64,000 nt of DNA, taken from NCBI GenBank assembly GCA_002269645.1, contig NIVC01001548.1:206739-270738 (forward strand), given 5' to 3'. The notes under the pieces are model-generated. The model saw only the letters and a program-made list of their open reading frames with translations. It had not been told where the DNA came from and did no database searches. The DNA comes from Macrostomum lignano (taxonomy: Eukaryota). Shown here one piece after another: positions 38,101-50,100 of this stretch. The position numbers were made by a program, and so were the translations under genes. Positions within the stretch are counted from its first letter, which is position 1, and each line of letters opens with the position of its first letter.

Positions 38101-41100
38101 CGCTTGATTTCCACTAGGATGAGAGTTCCGATCGCTTGATTTCCAGTCGGTTGAGAGTTTAGATCACTTGATTTCGAGTTCCAGCAAGGTTTTCAACGCC
38201 CACTACAATAGTCATTGCGCTGTTATTGCATTGGACTGCTAATATTTATGTAAGCTTAGTTGGAGAACTTTCAATGTAACAGCGGAGCAGCATGCATAGC
38301 ATGCTAATTACACATTTTTGACCTCCAGCGCTGGAACAGCTTCTATTAGAGAATAATTCAGTTCGAATCCATGGAATTCGGATGCTCGCCTCTCTTCTCT
38401 TCCGCAGTCATTAATTTCCCCATTTTCCCGCTTGCACCCCAACACGCTGATCGGCCGTGCGTGGTTAGCCGGGAAAATCGAAAAATCCCTAAGGATTTTC
38501 GCCTCGTTTTTTACTCTCAGCCCGGCAGCCTGTGGCTCAACTTTGGTAGGGATGCTTTTTTTTTAATTTAGCAGCCTAAAAGATAACGGCGGAGTGCGTT
38601 GGGATGATTTTAGCGATCGATCCCTAACCTGTCCATAGTATTCTACTGCCGACTCTTTGTGAGTAGTGTTTAGCGGATTCCAGCACTATTTAATGACTGA
38701 ATTGTTGAATTCACCCATCCGCAGGAAGACAAGCTGGCCAACGCGCTGGTTGAACGCGGCGGCCCAATCGAGGGCCGGGTGGTGTCCATCTGCTCGGGCG
38801 CCGACCTCGTGAACGTGGTGTACACGCATATGATTGCGCAGGACAGCAAAACCGCAAATGTAAGTTTGTGAGCACCTGTGCTCTTCTTTGGTGAGCTGAT
38901 TTTGTTGTTTTAGGAATGCTGCAGTATCCCTGTCCCTCAGTTGTGCTTGAGGCTGCAGCATCCCTGTCCCTCAGTTGTGCTTGAGGCTGCAGTATCCCTG
39001 TCCCTCAGTTGTGCTTGAGGCTGCAGCATCCCTGTCCCTCAGTTGTGCTTGAGGCTATAGCATCCCTGTCCCTCAGTTGTGCTTGAGGCTGCAGCATCCC
39101 TGTCCCTCAGTTGTGCTTGAGGCTGCAGCATCCCTGTCCCTCAGTTGTGCTTGAGGCTGCAGCATCCCTGTATCTCAATTGATCTGCTCACACAGGCACA
39201 ACTGCATACAAAAGTTATCGCTTCCTGAACCCGCAGGCTTGGATCCAGGACCTGAGGCCGCTGACTCACAACACAAAGGCCAGCAATGTGTGTCCAATGA
39301 CGCAGCTGCGCAAACAGTGAGAGTCGGAGTTCCTTTTTCGTTTTGCCCTTTTCCTTCTCTTGTCCAGTTGAAGTTTTCTTCAAGCCAGCATTTTACCTGT
39401 CCTATTCCATGGTTAAAGTGCATGTCCTTACCAGCAGCTCCCCTTAGTTCTCCCCGAGTATGTTTGCTAATGTCTGCCGCGGGTCGGAGGTTCCCGGAAT
39501 TGGGGATCCTCTCTGCCTCACCGCTTGTTTTCCCGTCTCAGAGTTGAGAGGCCGAGCCAGAGCGATTTGAAGAAGAGCAGCAGTGGAAAGGAAAATGGTT
39601 GCATGGGGTTTTGTCACGGCTGGTAAATATGGGCCTGTGTGTTGGTACATAAGTGCAACTCTGCAGCCTCGTGCAGTCTTGTGTGCACGGTTCCCATCGT
39701 TTGTTATATCAGTAATTTTTACTTGTGAATAATACAGCTGCAGCTGTACACCCAATCCAAGCCCAACCCACCCGATCCAAGCCCAACCCACCCGATCCAA
39801 GCCCAACCCACCCGATCCAAGCCCAACCCACCCGATCCAAGCCCAACCCACCCGATCCAAGCCCAACCCACCCGATCCAAGCCCAACCCACCCGATCCAA
39901 GCCCAACCCACCCGATCCAAGCCCAACCCACCCGATCCAAGCCCAACCCACCCGATCCAAGCCCAACCCACCCGATCCAAGCCCAACCCACCCGATCCAA
40001 GCCCAACCCACCCGATCCAAGCCCAACCCACCCGATCCAAGCCCAACCCACCCGATCCAAGCCCAACCCACCCGATCCAAGCCCAACCCACCCGATCCAA
40101 GCCCAACCCACCCGATCCAAGCCCAACCCACCCGATCCAAGCCCAACCCACCCGATCCAAGCCCAACCCACCCGATCCAAGCCCAACCCACCCGATCCAA
40201 GCCCAACCCACCCGATCCAAGCCCAACCCACCCGATCCAAGCCCAACCCACCCGATCCAAGCCCAACCCACCCGATCCAAGCCCAACCCACCCGATCCAA
40301 GCCCAACCCACCCGATCCAAGCCCAACCCACCCGATCCAAGCCCAACCCACCCGATCCAAGCCCAACCCACCCGATCCAAGCCCAACCCACCCGATCCAA
40401 GCCCAACCCACCCGATCCAAGCCCAACCCACCCGATCCAAGCCCAACCCACCCGATCCAAGCCCAACCCACCCGATCCAAGCCCAACCCACCCGATCCAA
40501 GCCCAACCCACCCGATCCAAGCCCAACCCACCCGATCCAAGCCCAACCCACCCGATCCAAGCCCAACCCACCCGATCCAAGCCCAACCCACCCGATCCAA
40601 GCCCAACCCACCCGATCCCAGCCCAACCCACACAATCCAAACCCGACCAACACAATCCAAGCCTGACCCACCTGCCGCACTTGCAGCTGGATGAAGCTGT
40701 GCGTCTCAGTGAACGCCAACAACTGCATCCCGGTGCGCGCAATCAGCAAGACCTTCGCCTCCGGCAAGACGGAAAAAATCATCTTTCAGACGCTGAAGGA
40801 TCTCGGTCTGCCGTCTGCCAAGGTGGGGGAGGGAAGAGAGAGAATAAAACAGAGAGGAGAGACAATACAAGGGAGGAGAGACAATACAAGAGAGGAGAGA
40901 CAATACAAGAGAGGAGAGACAATGCAAGAGAGGAGAGACAATGCAAGAGAGGAGAGACAATACAAGAGAGGAGAGACAATACAAGAGGGGAGAGACAATA
41001 CACGAGGGGAGAGACAATGCAAGAGAGGAAAGACAATGCAAGAGAGGAGAGACAATGCAAGAGAGGAGAGACAATGCAAGAGAGGAGAGACAATACACGA

Positions 41101-44100
41101 GGGGAGAGACAATACAAGAGGGGAGAGACAATGCAAGAGAGGAGAGACAATGCAAGAGAGGAGAGACAATACACGAGGGGAGAGACAATACAAGAGAGGA
41201 GAGACAATACAAGAGGGGAGAGACAATGCAAGAGAGGAGAGACAATGCAAGAGGGGAGAGACAATACAAGAGAGGAGAGACAATGCAAGAGGGGAGAGAC
41301 AATACACGAGGGGAGAGACAATACAAGAGGGGAGAGACAATACAAGAGGGGAGAGACAATGCAAGAGAGGAGAGACAATGCAAGAGGGGAGAGACAATAC
41401 AAGAGAGGAGAGACAATGCAAGAGGGGAGAGACAATACACGAGGGGAGAGACAATGCAAGAGAGGAGAGACAATGCAAGAGAGGAAAGACAATGCAAGAG
41501 AGGAGAGACAATGCAAGAGAGGAGAGACAATGCAAGAGAGGAGAGACAATACAAGAGAGGAGAGACAATACAAGAGAGGAGAGACAATGCAAGAGAGGAG
41601 AGACAATGCAAGAGGAGAGCTGGGAAGAGTGGGGATTAGATCTGAGCGGAGATGTGTACCAAAAGTTCATGCAGCTTTGGGACTAGGCGTGTTTTCTTTG
41701 TGAAGTGGTAGATCGCAGGACGACTTGAAGGTCTCAGCATATTCAATGAAAGATTGACAGCTGAGCAATGGGTAGGGCTTTGTCGACGAGCAAGCGAACT
41801 CAGACTTTGCTTTGCCTGTTTTTCTCCCTAACAGAACGACGAAATCGTAAAGGCGGACTTCACCTTCGAGAAGTTCTACGAGCTGTACCACCGCATCTGC
41901 CCGCGCCAGGACATCGAAGACCTCTTCAACGAGCTGTGCGGCGGCGCTGGTGGCAGCGTCGTCTCTCAGGACAAGATGATGGAGTTTCTCAACGTCACCA
42001 GCGAGATCCCCGGCTCAACGAGATTCTGTACCCCTTTGCCAACAAGCTGACCATTGAGAACATTCTTAAGTGCTACGAGCCAAATAAGGAGAACCAGGAG
42101 AATCGTGAGTTACTATGCTGCTCAAGGTGCTCAAACAACGAGGGCGCAGCAGGTAGTTAGCCAGCTGGCCTGGCTAGGCAATGCCCCCTCCCAGCCCTGC
42201 TGTGGTTAGCCAGCTGGCCTGGCTAGGCAATGCCCCTCCCAGCCCTGCTGTGGTTAGCCATGCAGCTGGCCTGGCTAGGCAATGCCCCCTCCCAGCCCTG
42301 CTGTGGTTAGCCATGCAGCTGGCCTGGCTAGGCAATGCCCCCTCCCAGCCCTGCTGTGGTTAGCCATGCAGCTGGCCTGGCTAGGCAATGCCCCCTCCCA
42401 GCCCTGCTGTGGTTAGCCATGCAGCTGGCCTGGCTAGGCAATGCCCCCTCCCAGCCCTGCTGTGGTTAGCCAGCTGGCCTGGCTAGGCAATGACCCCCTC
42501 CCAGCCCTGCTGTGGTTAGCCATGCAGCTGGCCTGGCTAGGCAATGCCCCCTCCCAGCCCTGCTGTGGTTAGCCAGCTGGCCTGGCTAGGCAATGACCCC
42601 CTCCCAGCCCTGCTGTGGTTAGCCATGCAGCTGGCCTGGCTAGGCAATGCCCCCTCCCAGCCCTGCTGTGGTTAGCCAGCTGGCCTGGCTAGGCAATGAC
42701 CCCCTCCCAGCCCTGCTGTGGTTAGCCATGCAGCTGGCCTGGCTAGGCAATGACCCCCTCCCAGCCCTGCTGTGGTTAGCCAGCTGGCCTGGCTAGGACA
42801 TGCCCCCCTCCCAGCCCTGCTGTGGTTAGCCAGCTGGCCTGGCTAGGACATGCCCCCTCCCAGCCCTGCTGTGGTTAGCCAGCTGGCCTGGCTAGGCAAT
42901 GACCCCCTCCCAGCCCTGCTGTGGTTAGCCAGCTGGCCTGGCTAGGCAATGCCCCGGTCCCGTGGCTGTGTATGGAACTATGGCAATAAATGCCATTAGC
43001 CAAACGTAACAACTTTGAGCTCCCCTCTTCTTCCTCGCTATTTGCTGGCCAGCCTGGCGGAGCGCAAAGTTCGCCGAAAAATCTGGGCGGGGCTGTCCAG
43101 CTGAGTGCGCGTTCGGACTCTCAAAGGGGCCTCCCCTCCTTTCCTCCGCGCCCGGAGACCCGCGCGCTCGAATCGCCAAATTGTCAAATAATTGAGGCGG
43201 CCGGGCAAGATTTGGGCGGGGCCGGAGCGCGGGCTGGGCGTGTCCGAGAGTGCCATCGGTGCAAGAATCGTTTTTAATGTTTTTGAGCCAAGGGAGTTCT
43301 GATATTTCTGTTACAAGATATTGTGGATGGAGTGGGTGAACAAAGGTAAACACTCATCTATTGAGTGGGATGAAAACTGTTCATCTTTCCTATGCATTTT
43401 CGTTATTAAAAAATTCGTTATTGAGTGGTCTTTAAAGGTGGCTAACAGATAACGATTGGAATATCCGCTTGAGCAGGGGATTAAAATGATTCAATGCAGG
43501 TTCTGCATCCCGGATGTGATAAGCGGATTTTGTACTTTTAGCCGCTTCTGAACAAATTAGAGCAGCAATTTCTTAATCTCTTCAAGGCAAGATCAGCATC
43601 GACTGCTTCTATCGCTACCTGATGTCGGACGACAATGCCCCCGTGTTCCTGGACAAGCTGGAGCTGCACCACGACATGGACCAGCCGCTGTCGCACTATT
43701 ACATTAACAGCTCGCACAACACCTACCTGAGCGGTAGGCAGTTCGGCGGCAAGAGCTCGGTGGAGATGTACCGTCAGGTGCTGCTCGCCGGCTGCCGGTG
43801 CATCGAGCTGGACTGCTGGGATGGCAAGGACAACGACCAGGAGCCCATCATCACCCACGGCAAGGCCATGTGCACGGACATCCTGTTCAAGGTGAGGCAT
43901 CCGGGTTTTTGCTGGCTCTCCGTTGATCAACATCTGGTGACTTTTCCGGTGCTGAACACTTTCTTGGACCGCCACTACCATTTGGTTCTTCAGGAGGCCA
44001 CCACTATCCCTGGGTTCTCCTATTTATTAGAGGCAGGGGGCTGGGTGCACCCTGGCGCACTTTAAGCGACAGACACTCACACAGGAGTGTACAGCGGCCC

Positions 44101-47100
44101 TAATTTTATTTATCGTTAGGCATCTAAACTTCACTGTGTCTAGGTGGTTGGTCCTCAAAGACGTTAATTGCACGAGCAGAGCCAAGCCTAGATTCCAATT
44201 TAGCCTCAAATGAATGTGACTGCACTTGGAATCGAGCCAGGGCCGCTGGCATCTCCTTCAAGGGGCCGCCACTACCTTCGGAATAACCCAGTCTTAGGAG
44301 GAGCCAGTGAAATCATCATTTAGTTATATAGATTAGTATAACTGTAAGCAATAATTAGTGAATTTAGGCGAGCCGGCGCTCCGCATTGCAGGATGTTGTC
44401 AACGCCATTCGCGACACAGCTTTTGTCACCTCGGCCTGGCCTGTGATTCTGTCATTTGAGAACCATTGCAGGTGAGAGGGAGAGCTGAGGAATACGGCTG
44501 TCGCTTCTGTCAGTTGTTATTCATGACTCACCCATCGCCCCCCCCAGCAAGCTGCAGCAGTACAAGCTGGCCAAGTATTGCGAGGATATTTTCGGCGACT
44601 ACCTGCTCAATAAGCCGATTGACAAGTACCCAGTAAGCCGTTGCAATTTGCTGGCCTTCCTCTTTTGCCAGTTTTATGTCAGCCTGTCAGAGATTTATCT
44701 CAAATCCCTTCACCCCTTCATCCTCTTTGCCAGCTTGAGCCCGGAGTTCCCCTGCCGCCGCCCGAGAAGCTCAAGTATAAAATCCTCATCAAGAACAAGC
44801 GGCTCAAGCCGGAGGTTGAGAAGCGTGAGTAGCGCAGAGTCGGACTGATGCACAATGATCCTGCTTTGGGGAAAATGGTATATTGGCAGATTTTAGAATA
44901 ACGGCCCATACCCAGCCTCGCCTTGGTGATTTGCTTGCTTTTTGGTTTGCAGCGGCTGTGACCTCTAGCGACGGTCGACCCGCGACCAGCGAAGAGGCAA
45001 TTAGGCCAGGCCAGCCACCCCACCCGCTGATCCCTGAGCGCACGCGCACACGAATGCTGCCTCACTAGAGTACACCTGCCTTGGATTTCTCATTGTCAGA
45101 CGGGCGTGCCTCGGAGTGCCTGAAGAGTACGAGTTGTAGAGTTGGGCTGATTGGGTCTCCGAACTCGGGGCGACTGGGTGGACTGGTCGAATGGGATGAA
45201 GGTGCCATAATGGGATGGAGGTGCCTGGATGGGATGAAGGTGCTTTGATGGGATGAAGGTGCCTGGATGGGTTGGAGGTACCTTGATGGAATGAAGGTGT
45301 CCAGATGGGATGGAGGTGCCTGGGTGGGATGAAGGTGCTTTGATGGGATGAAGGTGCTTTGATGGGATGGAGGGGCCTGGATGGGATGAAGGTATCTTGA
45401 TGGGATGGAGGTGCCTTGATGGGATAAAGGTGTTCAGATGGGATGGAGGTGCCTGGATGGGATGAAGGTGCCTGGATGGGTTGGAGGTGCCTTGATGGAA
45501 TGAAGGTGTCCATATGGGATGGAGGTGCCTGGATGGGATGAAGGTATCTTGATGGGATAGAGTTGCCTTGATGGGATAAAGGTGTCCAGATGGGATGGAG
45601 GTGCCTGGATGGGATGAAGGTGCCTGGATGGGATGAAGGTGCCTGGATGGGATGAAGGTGCCTGGATGGGTTGGAGGTGCCTTGATGGAATGAAGGTGTC
45701 CAGATGGGATGGAGGTGCCTGGATGGGATGAAGGTATCTTGATGGGATAGAGTTGCCTTGATGGGATAAAGGTACCTAGATGGGATGAAGGTGTCTGGAC
45801 GGGAGTGAGGTGCCTGGATGGGATGGTGTCTTGATGGGATGAATGTGCCTGGATGGGATGAAGGTGTCTGGATGGGATGAAGGTGCCTGGATAGGTTGGA
45901 GGTGCCTAGATGGGATGAAGGTGCCTAGATGGGATGAAGGTGCCTAGATGGGATGAAGGTGCCTAGATGGGATGAAGGTGCCTAGATCGGTTAGAGGAGT
46001 CTGGATGGAATGCATTTGCCTGGATGCAAGAAATCCAAGAAGGTTGCATGGAGGGGCCTGGTTGGGATTGGTTGTCCGGACTGGGAGATTATAGCACTCC
46101 TAATCAAACGCGGACCCTGTGACCCTCTGCAGACCAGCTCGAGCTATTCATGAAGGGCCAGACCCCGCCAGACGAGGTTGAGGTGGCCGAGGATCCCCAG
46201 GTGATATTGGACGGCGAGGCCGGGCCGTTGAACGACCTGGATCCGACCCCGCCCATTGTGGACACGGACCCTCATCCGGAGGGCGGCGACAGCGGCGAAA
46301 AGCCGGTGGTTCCGCCGGTGGCCCCGGTGGTCAGGGCGGCCTCTCAGGCGACCCTGGGGGCTGGCGCTGCCGCCGCCGCATCTGCCGAGGAGGATGAAGC
46401 GGCCAAAGCGAAGGTATGGCGGGTCATGTGGGATTTAGGGATATATTTCCTAAATGCCGGTTAGGTTTGGGCCCGATTGCATTGGGGATATTTTCCCATA
46501 TTGGGACCGATTGCATTGGGGATATTTTCCCAGATTGGGACCAATTGCATTGGGAATATTTTCCCATATTGGGACCGACTGCATTAGGGATATTTTCCCA
46601 GATTGGGACCGACTGCATTGGGGACAGTTTGCTCAGCTCAGATCCCCGCACCATCCCGCAGGAGGTGCTGAGCGCGGAGGAGGAACAGGCGATGCTGGAG
46701 CACTACCAGTACACGGGCGCCACCACCACCATCCACCCGGTGCTGTCGGCCATGGTCAACTACGCCCAGCCGGTCAAATTCCAGGGCTTCGCTGTGGCCG
46801 AAGGTCAGCGCCAGTTCTAATTCTCAGATTAATTTAATAAAAGTAGAGTAGTAAAATCCCGCTTGTGGCTTATAAGACTCATCCCACAACTGGCCTGCAG
46901 AGGACAACGTGCACCATCACATGTCGTCCTTCTCCGAGACTATGGCGCTGGGCTACCTGAGGAACGAAGCCATCGAGTTTGTCAAGTATCCTTTTTGAGC
47001 GGATTTATGTGATGGTAGTGAAAGAGGGAATGTACAGTGAAAGGGGGAGTGTACCGTGAGAGAGGGTAAGTGTACCGTAAGAGAGGGTAAGTGTACCGTA

Positions 47101-50100
47101 AGAGAGGTTAAGTGTACTGTGAGAGAGATAAGTGTACAAAGAGAGGGTAAGTGTACAGTGAGAGAGGGTAGGTGTACAGTGAGAGATGGTAAGTGTAGAG
47201 AGAGGGTAGGTGTACAGTGAAAAAGGGAGTAAGTGTACCGTGAGAGAGGGTAAGTGTACAGTGAGAGAGGGTAAGTGTACCGTGAGAGAGGGTAAGTGTA
47301 CCGTGAGAGAGGGTAAGTGTACCGTGAGAGAGGGTAAGTGTACAGTGAGAGAGGATAAGTGTACCGTGAGAGAGGGTAATTGTACCGTGAGAGAGGGTAA
47401 TTGTACCGTGAGAGAGGGTAACTGTACCGTGAGAGAGAGTAAGTGTACAGTGAAAGAGGGTAAGTGTACAGTGAGAGAGGGTAAGTGTACAGTGAGAGAG
47501 GGTAAGTGTACCGTGAGAGAGGGTAAGTGTACAGTGCGAGCGGGCACACGCGTACAATAAAAGCCGGCGAGTGTGCGCCGAAAATTTTCCTTAACCCGAG
47601 TCGCCATGGCAACGCGCGCCCAGCTACAACAAGCGCCAGATGAGCCGAATTTACCCGCGCGGCAACCGCGTGGACTCCAGCAACTTCATGCCGCAGATCT
47701 TCTGGAACGCCGGCTGCCAGATGGTGGCGCTGAACTTCCAGACTCCCGACCTGGCCATGCAGCTTAACCAGGGCAAGTTCGAGTACAACGGGAACTGCGG
47801 GTGAGCCGCGGGGGGGAGTCGATTTTCAGCCTGCCTTACTTAGCATTCTTCGGGAATCATCTTGGTGGTTTTCTCTTCCCATAAGCTAATAGTCCTGAAA
47901 GTCTCTGAAGATCCCATCCAAGGATTCTCACCCTTAAAGTCTGCTCCCCCTCAAATTTCCCCAGTTCATTCTGTTCCACGAAGAGCCGCAGTTGTAAGTT
48001 TCAAGACTTGCCAAACCAAATTTTCCAGGAAGCACTGCGGCCTAAAGGTCTCCTCAGTCGCTGGTACAGCCTTTAATAATTGATTTTTCTAGGAATTTTA
48101 ACCCTCGCAACTCCTTTAACGTTTCTGCCCTAGACTAACTCGGCCACTTATCCGCGTTGCACTTTTATCTTAATTTCCATAATAGTATAAAAAGTTCATT
48201 AATAATTAATTAATTAATTTGTAACCAGCGGAGCCCGTCTACAACAGTTAGCTCAATAGCTTTGCATTTTTGCTTAATTCGCTGCTTCCTACTTACAGTA
48301 GACACTATGCGCATTAACAGTTCTTTTTCAACACTTCAAAATACAGCTTGCTTGACACGTGCCAAATTCACTTACTTGCCTACTTGCAGTACGCAGTAGC
48401 TTTTTTGACAAGTTACTGAGGAACCGAAGTTACTCTTAGCTATCTGACCTGTAGTTCTGATGTACATTCAGATACATTAATTTCAATCGCTTAAACCATA
48501 TAGCCTCAGCCACCTCTCTCATAGTCTTAGCCACCTCTCTCATAGTCTTAGCCACCTCTCTCATAGTCTTAGCCACCTCTCTCATAGCCTCAGCCACCTT
48601 TCTCATAGCATCAGCCACCTCTCTCATAGTCTTAGCCACCTCTCTCATAGTCTTAGCCACCTTTCTCATAGCATCAGCCACCTCTCTCATAGTCTTAGCC
48701 ACCTCTCCCATAGCATCAGCCACCTCTCTCATAGTCTTAGCCACCTCTCCCATAGCATCAGCCACCTCTCTCATAGTCTTAGCCACCTCTCCCATAGCAT
48801 CAGCCACCTCTCTCATAGTCTTAGCCACCTCTCCCATAGCATCAGTCACCTCTTCCATAGCCTCAGCTACCTTTTTCATTGCCTCAGCCACCTCTCTCAT
48901 AGCCTCAGCCACCTCTCTCATAGCCTCAGCCACCTCTCTCATAGCCTCAGCCACCTTTTCCATAGCCTCAGCCACCTTTTCCGTAGCCTCAGTCACCTCT
49001 TCCATAGCCTCAGCCACCTCTCTCATAGCCTCAGCTACCTTTTCCATAGCCTCAGCCACCTCTCTCATAGCCTCAGCCACCTTTTCCATAGCCTCAGCCA
49101 CCTTTTCCATAGCCTCAGTCACCTCTCAGCCTGAGCCGCCACCCCGCCATCCGCGCCAGCTATCTGCTGAAGCCGGACTTCATGCGCCGCGGCGACCGGC
49201 ATTTCGACCCGTTCTCCGAGAGCCCCGTAGACGGCGTGATCGCCGCCAGCTGCTCCATCCAGATCCTGTCCGGCCAGTTCCTCTCGGACAGGAAAGTGGG
49301 CACCTACGTGGAGGTGGACATGTACGGCCTGCCCACGGATACAATCAGGCGCGAGTTCCGAACTCGCATCGTGCCTGGCAACGGGCTCAACCCGGTCTAC
49401 AACGAGGAGCCGTTCGTGTTCCGCAAGATCGTGCTGCCCGACCTGGCCGTGATCCGCATCGGGGTGTTTGAGGAGACTGGCAAGCTGATCGGCCAGCGGA
49501 TCCTGCCGCTTGACGGCCTGTGCGCCGGCTACCGGCACATCAGCCTGCGCACGGAGGGCAACTTCCCACTGGCCCTGCCCACCATCTTCTGCCGCATCGA
49601 TCTGAAAACCTACGTGCCCGAGGGCCTGGCAGATTTTGTTGATGCGCTGAGCGACCCGAGGGCGTTTCTGTCCAAGGCTGAGAAGCGGGAGCAGCAGATG
49701 AAGGACATGGGCATTGGTAAGCGCGGCTGGTGGCATTTCCCAGGCTTCACAGCCAGTTTCAAGAGTTAAAGCATTAAGAGTTTCCGTTTTAGATTTTTTC
49801 TTCAATCATCTTAAATTTAGCATTTTTCAAGTGTTTCTGAAGATTGGCACTGTGACAGTAAGAGTGACAGCCAGAGTGACAGTATGAGCGACAGTATGAG
49901 CGACAGTAAGAGTGACAGCCAGAGTGACATTATGAGCGACAGTAAGAGTGAAAGCAAGAGTGACAGTATGAGCGACGGTGAGAGTGACAGAATGAAGGAC
50001 AGCATGAGCGACAGTAAGAGTGACAGCCAGAGTGACATGAGCGACAGTAAGAGTGACAGCAAGAGTGACAGCATGAGTGACAGCAAGAGTGACAGCATGA

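Noticed and set aside
39444-41703. Several 275-432 aa ORFs on both strands
   Set aside because: Stop-free minisatellites inside PLCB4 introns; only 40687-40822 is exonic
48436-49122. 228-aa heptad coiled-coil-like ORF (MREVAEA)n on the minus strand
   Set aside because: A 21-bp repeat automatically gives heptads; antisense, intronic, no unique flanking coding sequence
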